A DNA stretch of 64,000 bases from Desulfobacterales bacterium (GTDB taxonomy: Bacteria; Desulfobacterota; Desulfobacteria; Desulfobacterales; UBA5852): NCBI GenBank assembly GCA_963674755.2, contig CAXXVS010000003.1:736001-800000 (forward strand), in the 5' to 3' direction. Of the stretch, positions 56,373 through 64,000 are shown piece by piece (positions within the stretch are counted from its first letter, which is position 1; every line of letters starts with the position of its first letter). Below the pieces are notes generated by a model. It was given only the letters and a program-made list of their open reading frames with translations. It had not been told where the DNA came from and did no database searches. The position numbers and the translations under genes are program-made.

Positions 56373-58124
56373 ATGGAAAAAGAGAAAAATAGACCGGAAG
56401 ACGCGGAACTCAGGCGACGTGCCGAAGCCGATCTGGAAGCATCTGTCGATGAAGGCGGAGATTTTTCAAGCGCTTCATCTGAAGACCTGCAGGATCTGAT
56501 CCATGAGCTGCGGGTCCACCAGGTGGAGTTGAGAATGCAAAACGAAGAGCTCCGACGCATTCAGGGGGAGCTGGAAGCGGCGTGCAATCGATACGCACAC
56601 CTGTATGACTTTGCGCCGGTGGGCTATCTTACGGTCAGCGAGAAGGGCATCATCGTCGAGGCCAATCTTACGGCCACCACCCTGCTGGGCATGGACCGGT
56701 CCGCTCTTTTGGGCAACCCGTTCAGCCGGTTTATCCTCAATGAGGATCAGGATGTTTTCTACTTATGCCGCCGACAGCTTTCGGATACGAAAAAGCCACA
56801 GTCCTGCAGACTGCGCATGGCTAGCGAGAAGGGCGACGAATTTTTTGCAAACCTGGAAAGCATCGTCGTTGAAAAGGGCGACGGCGCCCCTATGCAAATC
56901 AGAATGGTGGTCAGTGATATCACCGAACAGAAAAACCTTGAAAACAAGCTGCAGCAGGCCCGGAAGATGGAAGCTATCGGTAGGCTGGCCGGCGGGATCG
57001 CTCACGATTTCAATAATATTCTGGCCTCCATGATCGGATTTACCGAGCTGGCCCTCGATGACGCGCAAGAGGGGAGCGATTTGGAAGACAATTTGCAGGA
57101 GATTCTGATCGGGGGCAAAAGGGCCAAACTTCTGGTTCAGCAGATTTTGACCTTCAGCCGGAAGGCGCCCCAAAAACACGTGCCGTTGCGGGTGGATGCC
57201 CTGGTCCGGGAAACGGCCCGGCTGATCCGATCGACCCTGCCTGCCAATATCCGTATCGATTTAGATATAAAGACCGCCATGGATCCGTGGGTGATGGGCG
57301 ACGAGTCGCAAATTAACCAGGTTGTCATGAATTTATGCACCAACGCCGCCCATGCCATGGAGACCGAAGGCGGCAAGCTGACGATCGGCATCGACGATAT
57401 TGTACTTGAGCACGTCAATGCAGGGCACGCCTTGAATCTACCACCCGGGAAATACGTCAAATTCACTGTTAGTGATTCCGGCGTGGGGATGGCACCTGAA
57501 GTTGTCGAGCACATCTTCGAACCCTATTTTTCCACCAAAGCACCAGACAAGGGATGCGGAATGGGTCTGGCCGTTGTTGAGGGGATTGTCAAAACGCACA
57601 ATGGGCATATTTTTGCGATGGCGAAGCCGCAAAAGGGATCGACCTTCACCGTTTACTGGCCCAGACTTGAAAAAAGCCCATCTGCGACGCACCCCAAGGC
57701 GCCGGGGAAGCTGCCGGGAGGCCGTGAGCACATTCTTTTTATCGACGACGAATTCCCCATCATTAAGTTGATCAAAATAATGCTCGAAAGACTCGGCTAC
57801 ACGGTCACGACCAGTACCAGCAGTGTGCAGGCGCTGGAGTTGTTTCGCGCCGCGCCCGGGCAGTTTGACCTGGTCATAACCGACATGACCATGCCGGAGA
57901 TGACCGGCGACAAGCTGGCTGTCGAGCTGATCAAAATAATGCCCGACATCCCTGTCATCATTTGCAGCGGATACAGTAAGCATGTGTCTGAAAATTCGGC
58001 TGCCCAATTCGGGATCAAAGCGTTTTTGGGCAAACCGGTAGATAAGGTGGAACTGGCTGAAACCATCAGGAAAGTACTGGACACGGCCAATGGATCGGCA
58101 TTCGGACAGGGACCGATTCGATGA
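56373..58124 (+). CDS. Hybrid sensor kinase PAS-HisKA-HATPase-REC
   Basis: LAGGIAHDFNN, NLCTNA, DSGVGM, GMGLA, FIDDE...TDMTMP. Confidence 0.93.
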   Translation: MEKEKNRPEDAELRRRAEADLEASVDEGGDFSSASSEDLQDLIHELRVHQVELRMQNEELRRIQGELEAACNRYAHLYDFAPVGYLTVSEKGIIVEANLTATTLLGMDRSALLGNPFSRFILNEDQDVFYLCRRQLSDTKKPQSCRLRMASEKGDEFFANLESIVVEKGDGAPMQIRMVVSDITEQKNLENKLQQARKMEAIGRLAGGIAHDFNNILASMIGFTELALDDAQEGSDLEDNLQEILIGGKRAKLLVQQILTFSRKAPQKHVPLRVDALVRETARLIRSTLPANIRIDLDIKTAMDPWVMGDESQINQVVMNLCTNAAHAMETEGGKLTIGIDDIVLEHVNAGHALNLPPGKYVKFTVSDSGVGMAPEVVEHIFEPYFSTKAPDKGCGMGLAVVEGIVKTHNGHIFAMAKPQKGSTFTVYWPRLEKSPSATHPKAPGKLPGGREHILFIDDEFPIIKLIKIMLERLGYTVTTSTSSVQALELFRAAPGQFDLVITDMTMPEMTGDKLAVELIKIMPDIPVIICSGYSKHVSENSAAQFGIKAFLGKPVDKVELAETIRKVLDTANGSAFGQGPIR

Positions 58125-58183
58125 TCGATCCGCTTATTCCAGAATCATAAGAACTCGGGACTAATCGGGATTAAACGGTGTAG

Positions 58184-58750
58184 ATGATGACCCGCAAGCC
58201 GACCTATGCGCAACTGGAAAATAGAGTCAGGGCGCTTGAATCCCGATCCGCCGATGGTGATGTGGCGGTCTCAGTAGAAAAAGCGCGGCTGATGCTTGAA
58301 AAAGATCGAAAATTTGACAAGCAAAACAAAGAATTGGACAAAACCAATATTGCCCTTGACGTTTTGATGGATCAACACGACCGGCAGAAAAAAACGATCA
58401 AAGATACGATTCATCGAAATTTCAACAAATTGATCCTGCCGGATCTGTATGAACTGAAAAACAAACTAAAGCTGGAATCAAACCGGAAGATGATCGATTT
58501 GATCATTGCCAATTTTGAGCACCTGTTGTCTGCGGACATTGGTCGATTGACATCCGGGAGATACAAGCTCACCAAAACCGAGCTGAAAGTTGCGGCCATG
58601 ATCCGCCATGGCATGACCTCCAGGCAGATCAGCGAACACCTGAACGTTTCGGCCGATACCGTGGCGTTTCATCGAAAAAATCTGCGCAAAAAACTGGGCA
58701 TCAGCCGATCCGACAAAGAGCTGTCCCAATTCTTACAGCACCATCTCTAA
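58184..58750 (+). CDS. LuxR-family HTH regulator
   Basis: LTKTELKVA.MI..G.TS.QI...LNVS..TV.FHRKNLRKKLG. Confidence 0.87.
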   Translation: MMTRKPTYAQLENRVRALESRSADGDVAVSVEKARLMLEKDRKFDKQNKELDKTNIALDVLMDQHDRQKKTIKDTIHRNFNKLILPDLYELKNKLKLESNRKMIDLIIANFEHLLSADIGRLTSGRYKLTKTELKVAAMIRHGMTSRQISEHLNVSADTVAFHRKNLRKKLGISRSDKELSQFLQHHL

Positions 58751-58904
58751 TTCCCCCGGCATGACAGGGGGGGCTTAAACCTACCATAAAACCACCTAGC
58801 ATACCCTCATTTACAGCGTCCCTCGCATCTGGCACGATGTATTTCATGTGTAACAAGTATTTCATCTGTATCATTATTCAACCGGACTTCTTACGGGAGA
58901 TGGC

Positions 58905-59492
58905 ATGCTCGCTTCGATAGACCCGCGCAAAAAAATCTACTCGATAACCCAGGCGGCCGCATTGTGCAAACTCAACCGGGTTACCCTTTGGCGCTGGATC
59001 AGATCCGGAAAGCTCAGGGCCTACCAAACGCCCACCGGTCAATATCGAATCAAACAGGAAGATCTGGAAAGTTTTATCCAAAATGACCTTTCCTATCTCC
59101 AAACCGATCTCCCGGATAATCACCCTACAATTCTGATCATCGACGACGATCCGCAATTTCGAAAACTTGTCCGAAAAATTGTCGCAAACGACCGTTTTGA
59201 CATCGAAGAGGCCGGCAACGGGTTTGAAGCCGGCCTGAAAATCATAAAGCACATGCCCTCGATTCTGATTCTGGATTTGTTTATGCCCGAAATCGACGGT
59301 TTTGCTATTTGCCGCCAGGTAAAATCGGACCCCAATACCCGGGCAATCAGGATCATCGTGGTGACCGGTGCGGGGTCGCCGGAGACAGAAGAAAAAGTGC
59401 GGCAGCTTGGCGCCGACGCCTATTTTACAAAACCGGTTGGGCGCAACGACTTGAAGGCCTGCATTGAAAAATTGACTCAAAAGGAGCGATGA
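58905..59492 (+). CDS. Response regulator with an N-terminal excisionase-like HTH
   Basis: YSITQAA.LC...RVTLWRWI.SGKL.A.QTP.GQYRI; IIDDD...LDLFMP. Confidence 0.88.
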   Translation: MLASIDPRKKIYSITQAAALCKLNRVTLWRWIRSGKLRAYQTPTGQYRIKQEDLESFIQNDLSYLQTDLPDNHPTILIIDDDPQFRKLVRKIVANDRFDIEEAGNGFEAGLKIIKHMPSILILDLFMPEIDGFAICRQVKSDPNTRAIRIIVVTGAGSPETEEKVRQLGADAYFTKPVGRNDLKACIEKLTQKER

Positions 59493-60926
59493 ATGAATAA
59501 ATTACAAAAAACAACCACCGGCATCAGCGGTCTGGACGAGATTCTGAACGGGGGGCTGCCGCGAGGACGGCCGACCCTGATCTTCGGCGGACCGGGATGC
59601 GGTAAATCGGCCCTGGCCATGGAGTTCGCCTGCCGCGGCGCCCTGCAGTTCGGCGAGCCGGCGCTGTTGGTCTCTTTTGAAGAGTCGGCCGAAGATATCA
59701 TCACGAATTTCGCATCGTGCAGCTTCGGGTGTGCCGAGGCGATCAAAGCCCAGTCCGTTCGGATCGATTCCATCCGGTTGAACCACGATCACGCGGTGGA
59801 GTCCGGAGAGTTCACCCTGGACGGGTTGCTGGTCCGCCTGGCGCATTCCGTCAAGTCCATCGGTGCGCGCCGGTTGGTCCTGGACAGCCTGGACTCCTTG
59901 TTTTCCCGGTTTTCCGACACCGCCAACCTGCGCTACGAGGTTTCGCGCATCTTCCAATGGATCAAGACGATGGGGGTAACCGCCGTCGTCACCTGCGAAC
60001 AGGGCGACGGCGATTTCACCCGCAACGGGCTTGAAGCGTACGTGTCGGATTGTGTCATCCATTTGGATCACCGGGTCGCGGAGCAGATCTCCAAACGGCG
60101 CCTGCGGGTGATCAAGTACCGCGGATCGTCCCACGGCGCGGACGAGTATCCCTTTTTGATCACCAGCGAGGGCATTTCCATTCTGCCCATCACCTCGTTG
60201 GTTCTGGAAACTGAAGCCCCCACCGATTTTCTGTCAACCGGCGTCGACGGCCTGGACCGCATGCTGGCCGGCAAAGGCTACTATCGCGGCTCTACGGTCC
60301 TGATTTCCGGCGCCGCAGGCACCGGCAAAAGCACCCTTGCGGCCTGTCTTGGCGCGCGCAACTGCCAAAACGGCGACCGCTGCCTGTACCTGTCCTTCGA
60401 GGAGTCCACCAGCCAGATCGTACGCAATTTACGCTCCATTGGAATCGATATCGATCCGCATATCCGCAAAGGCCTGTTGCGAATGGAGCCGATCCGACCC
60501 TGCAACTTCGGCCTTGAAGAACATCTTGTCCGGGTACACGCAATTGTCGAGTCTTTTAAACCCGACATCGTGATTATTGATCCCATCACAAGCTTCAGCG
60601 GGGTCGGAAACCGGCAGAACATCAAGTCCCTGCTCCTGCGGGTCATCGACTTCATTAAAGCAAAGGGCATCACCGTGGCGATGTCCAGCCTGACGCCCGG
60701 TTCCGGAACGTCCGAAGAAACCGAGACGGAGGTTTCATCCATTGTTGATACCTGGATCATCATTCGCTTCAAGCGGACGCAGGCCGGCCGCCGACGGCAA
60801 ATCTACGTGCACAAGGCCCGGGGCATCGGCCATACGCAAACCATGGGTGAACTGGTCCTTTCCGACGCCGGGGTTGCGGTCAAGCCATTTGCCCCCATCA
60901 CTGAAGCGGCAGGAGGTGCGAAATGA
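59493..60926 (+). CDS. kaiC: Circadian clock protein KaiC homolog (double RecA domain)
   Basis: Two Walker A motifs (GGPGCGKS, GAAGTGKS), SFEES twice, KYRGSSHG.DEYPF, VSSIVDTWI. Confidence 0.92.
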   Translation: MNKLQKTTTGISGLDEILNGGLPRGRPTLIFGGPGCGKSALAMEFACRGALQFGEPALLVSFEESAEDIITNFASCSFGCAEAIKAQSVRIDSIRLNHDHAVESGEFTLDGLLVRLAHSVKSIGARRLVLDSLDSLFSRFSDTANLRYEVSRIFQWIKTMGVTAVVTCEQGDGDFTRNGLEAYVSDCVIHLDHRVAEQISKRRLRVIKYRGSSHGADEYPFLITSEGISILPITSLVLETEAPTDFLSTGVDGLDRMLAGKGYYRGSTVLISGAAGTGKSTLAACLGARNCQNGDRCLYLSFEESTSQIVRNLRSIGIDIDPHIRKGLLRMEPIRPCNFGLEEHLVRVHAIVESFKPDIVIIDPITSFSGVGNRQNIKSLLLRVIDFIKAKGITVAMSSLTPGSGTSEETETEVSSIVDTWIIIRFKRTQAGRRRQIYVHKARGIGHTQTMGELVLSDAGVAVKPFAPITEAAGGAK

Positions 60927-61258
60927 ACGCTAAGCCAACCCAATCAACCAATGGCAAGCCTTGTGCGGATTCGGCGGACAAATGGGAGCTGATTCTCTTT
61001 GTGGCCGGAAAGAGCCCCAAAACGCAACAGGTCATGCATCAGTTGGTCCAGATCTGCGAAGAGCATCTTGCGGGCCGTTATGGCATTGTGATGAGCGACA
61101 TTCTGGAGAGTCCGGAACAGGCCTTTGCCTTTGATATCATCGCCACACCGACCCTGCTGCGGACGCACCCGGAACCCATGCGAAAGATCATCGGCGACCT
61201 GTCGCAAACCAGTAAGGTTCTGTCCGCACTGGAGCTTGCGCCCTGCGCAACCGGTTGA
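60923..61258 (+). CDS. kaiB: Circadian clock protein KaiB homolog
   Basis: LFVAGKSP, ICEEHL.GRY, IIATPTL....PEP.RKIIGDLS; ATGA overlap with kaiC. Confidence 0.9.
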   Translation: MNAKPTQSTNGKPCADSADKWELILFVAGKSPKTQQVMHQLVQICEEHLAGRYGIVMSDILESPEQAFAFDIIATPTLLRTHPEPMRKIIGDLSQTSKVLSALELAPCATG

Positions 61259-61259
61259 A

Positions 61260-64000
61260 ATGGATATCCGAACAGGAACTGACAAACCGGTGCCCCGCCT
61301 GCCTGATAAAGGAGAGGGTATGCCTTGCATGCTCAATCGACAACAAATGACGGATCTCGTCAGGACGTCCATCGATGCCATCGTGGTGCTGGACACCGAA
61401 GGCGACGTGGTATTTGCCAATCCGGCGGCGGAAGCCCTGCTGGGAAAACCGCCCGGTGGCGCCACGGGATACCATCTGGGCTGCCCGGTAGCCGACGGCC
61501 AACCCTTTGAAATCACGTTCAGGCGCAAGGTGTCGGATACAGCAATCGTTGAGATGCAGGCCGTGGAAACCGTCTGGGAAGGCAAACGGGTCTTCGTCGT
61601 CAATCTTCACGATATCACCGAGCGGCGGCATGCCGAGCAAAGACTGGCGGAAAGCGAGCAGCGATACCGCAGTTTATTCGAGACCATGAGCCATGGTGTG
61701 GTCTATCGGAACGCAGACGGTGAGATTTCCGCCGCCAACCCGGCGGCGCAACGGATGCTCGGGCTGACCCTCGAGCACGGGCAGGCTTTGACCGTACAGG
61801 ACCCCCATTGGCGCTGTATCCGTGAAGACGGAAGCGACTTTCCGATTGAAGCGCACCCCACCATGGTCGCGCTCCAAACAGGCGAACGGGTTGACGATGT
61901 CGTTATGGGTGTTTGCAATCCCGTTGACGATACCTGCCGATGGCTCAATGTCGTTGCCGTGCCCCGGTTCAGATCCGGCGAGGACCGGCCGTTCCAGGTC
62001 TATGCGATATTTAAAGACATCACCTTAAGAAAGCAGGCCGTTGACCAGGCCCAGTTACTGGCGGCCATCGTTCAGTCCACGGAGGACGCTGTCGTTTCAA
62101 AAACCCTGGATGGTGTTATCACCAGCTGGAACCACGGTGCCGAACGGATGTACGGCTATCGTGCGGAAGAAGCCATTGGGCAAAACATCGCCATGCTGGT
62201 CTCCCCCGGCATGGAAAACGACCTGCCCACTATTTTGGAAAGGATCCGCGCCGGTGAAAAGGTGAAGGCCTACGAAACCGTTCGGACCACAAAACAGGGC
62301 CGACGCATCTACGTTTCGTTGACCGTGTCTCCGGTAAATAACGAGGCCGGCAGGACCATCGGCGCTTCTTCCATCACAAAAGATGTTACCGCAAGCAGAA
62401 AAACCCGTCTGGAACTCGAACAGGCGCTCGCCCGGGTCGACCACCTGAATCATATGCTCCACACGATTCGACGCATCAACCTCCTGATCGGTCGCGAGCG
62501 GCAGCCGGACGTCCTGATCCGCAACGCCTGCGATATAATCGTGGCCGGACAGGGCGTTGAGGCCGTCTGGATTGTTCTACAGGATGAAGGCGGCGGTGTC
62601 CGTTGCGCTTCCCAGGCCGGAATTGACGACCATGCCGTAACGGAATTGTTGACCGGTTTCAAGACCGGCCGGTTGCCCCCGTGTTGCCGTCGGCTGAGTA
62701 AGCGGCAACAATCGACCTCCACGGTTGATCGGGAGGCAATTTGCGCCCTCTGTCCGCTTGGAAAGCCCCACCCGGCGGCCGCTGCGTTTACATCGCGGCT
62801 GCAATATGAGGGCAACCATTTCGGCTATCTGAACGCCTATCTGCCGGCGCATTTCGGCGACGACAGGGAGGTCCGGGAGCTGACCAAAGAAATCGCCGAG
62901 GACCTTTCGTTTGCCCTCCAGGGCCTTGAAAACGAACAGGCCCGCCGGGAGGCGGAAAACCAACTGCGCAAAAATGAGCAACTCCTCAATGAGACCGGCG
63001 AGATGGCCAAGGTCGGGGGATGGGAAATCGACCTTGGTGCGGAGTTGGTCGCCTGGACCCAGTCCACCAGAAAAATTCACGAAGTGCCGGACGACTATGA
63101 ACCGACGCTTGAAGAGGCCCTCAAATTTTTTGTCCCTGAAGCGCGCGACCAACTCACCGAGGCCATCCGGCGTGCCCGTGAAGAAGAAGTCCCCTTCGAC
63201 CTGGAATTGGCCTTCATAACGGCCAAGGGCAACAGGCTTTGGACCCGGGCCATTTGCCAGCCGGAGTTCCAGGACGGCACATGTGTCCGGCTGCACGGAA
63301 CATTCCAGGATATTACCGAGTTGAAGAATGCGCTGGATGAACGTCTGGCAATACATGAACAATTCCAGCAAGTCCAGAAGCTGGAATCCATCGGTCTGCT
63401 GGCCGGGGGGGTGGCCCATGACTTCAACAACATGCTGAGCGTGATTCTGGGGTACGGAGCTGAGCTTCTCGATAAACTGCATAAGGGCGATCCATTGCGC
63501 GAGGGGGTTGAGGAGATCGTCAGTGCCGGACAACGCTCGGCCGATCTGACCCGCCAGCTGCTGGCCTTCAGCCGCAAGCAGACCTTGCAGGTGGAGGTGC
63601 TGGATATCAACGCCGTCGTAAGCAACCTGGAAAAGATGCTGCGCCGACTCATCGGAGAGGACATCGGGTTAAAAACCCTGTTCTCCGAGCAACTGAACCG
63701 GGTAAAGGTCGATCCGGGTCAAATCGAGCAGGTCATCCTGAACCTGGCCGTCAATGCCCGGGACGCCATGCCCCAAGGCGGAAATTTGACCATTGAGACG
63801 GCCAATGTCGAGCTGGATGGAGACTATGCCCAAAATCGAACGGGCGTCGTGCCGGGACAATACGTGCAGCTGTCCATCACCGATACCGGCTGCGGGATGG
63901 ATGCCGCCACCAGGGAAAGGCTCTTCGAGCCGTTCTTTACGACCAAGGGCAAAGGCAGGGGAACGGGCCTCGGGCTTTCCACGGTTTACGGGATCGTTAA
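61260..64000 (+). CDS. Multi-PAS/GAF sensor histidine kinase (continues beyond the window end)
   Basis: Frame from ATG 61260 (or 61320 after GGAGAGG) with several PAS repeats, [27 protein letters not shown] and GTGLGLS at the window end, in the same frame. Confidence 0.9.
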   Translation, partial: MDIRTGTDKPVPRLPDKGEGMPCMLNRQQMTDLVRTSIDAIVVLDTEGDVVFANPAAEALLGKPPGGATGYHLGCPVADGQPFEITFRRKVSDTAIVEMQAVETVWEGKRVFVVNLHDITERRHAEQRLAESEQRYRSLFETMSHGVVYRNADGEISAANPAAQRMLGLTLEHGQALTVQDPHWRCIREDGSDFPIEAHPTMVALQTGERVDDVVMGVCNPVDDTCRWLNVVAVPRFRSGEDRPFQVYAIFKDITLRKQAVDQAQLLAAIVQSTEDAVVSKTLDGVITSWNHGAERMYGYRAEEAIGQNIAMLVSPGMENDLPTILERIRAGEKVKAYETVRTTKQGRRIYVSLTVSPVNNEAGRTIGASSITKDVTASRKTRLELEQALARVDHLNHMLHTIRRINLLIGRERQPDVLIRNACDIIVAGQGVEAVWIVLQDEGGGVRCASQAGIDDHAVTELLTGFKTGRLPPCCRRLSKRQQSTSTVDREAICALCPLGKPHPAAAAFTSRLQYEGNHFGYLNAYLPAHFGDDREVRELTKEIAEDLSFALQGLENEQARREAENQLRKNEQLLNETGEMAKVGGWEIDLGAELVAWTQSTRKIHEVPDDYEPTLEEALKFFVPEARDQLTEAIRRAREEEVPFDLELAFITAKGNRLWTRAICQPEFQDGTCVRLHGTFQDITELKNALDERLAIHEQFQQVQKLESIGLLAGGVAHDFNNMLSVILGYGAELLDKLHKGDPLREGVEEIVSAGQRSADLTRQLLAFSRKQTLQVEVLDINAVVSNLEKMLRRLIGEDIGLKTLFSEQLNRVKVDPGQIEQVILNLAVNARDAMPQGGNLTIETANVELDGDYAQNRTGVVPGQYVQLSITDTGCGMDAATRERLFEPFFTTKGKGRGTGLGLSTVYGIV

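Noticed and set aside
1..64000. rRNA or tRNA genes
   Set aside because: No cloverleaf or rRNA-conserved sequence recognised by eye; a tRNAscan-SE/barrnap run would be decisive

Overview
GC-rich bacterial chromosome segment whose gene content is typical of a sulfate-reducing Desulfobacterales-type deltaproteobacterium (inferred). In order: (1) a NarX/NarL-type two-component pair upstream of a TRAP transporter / SDR / acyl-CoA ligase / CMD / thiolase-DUF35 catabolic operon (0.9-12.2 kb); (2) a cluster of Fe-S-domain and DUF3786 genes with an Fe-S/LuxR regulator, a shared 18-bp operator-like palindrome and many structured palindromic repeats (12.6-20.7 kb); (3) a sharply AT-rich two-gene island encoding a 1739-aa STAS-HATPase-STAS-PRTase-PRTase-HATPase-like protein and a receiver-HD phosphohydrolase, the best candidate for an undescribed conflict/defence system (20.8-27.6 kb); (4) immediately abutting it, a truncated and a complete HUH/Y1 (RAYT-like) transposase with 27-bp terminal inverted repeats, an IS66 remnant and a repeat-bounded small gene (27.6-29.8 kb); (5) an acyltransferase and two convergent ABC permeases; (6) an orange-protein (orp)-like sigma54 operon that runs into cooT and moaA (32.8-40.1 kb); (7) accessory genes including an amber-interrupted SLATT gene (40.6-51.9 kb); (8) a signalling block with CheB/CheR, hybrid kinases, kaiC and kaiB (52.6-64 kb). 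No rRNA, tRNA or CRISPR array was seen. All domain calls are from motifs read by eye, not from database searches.
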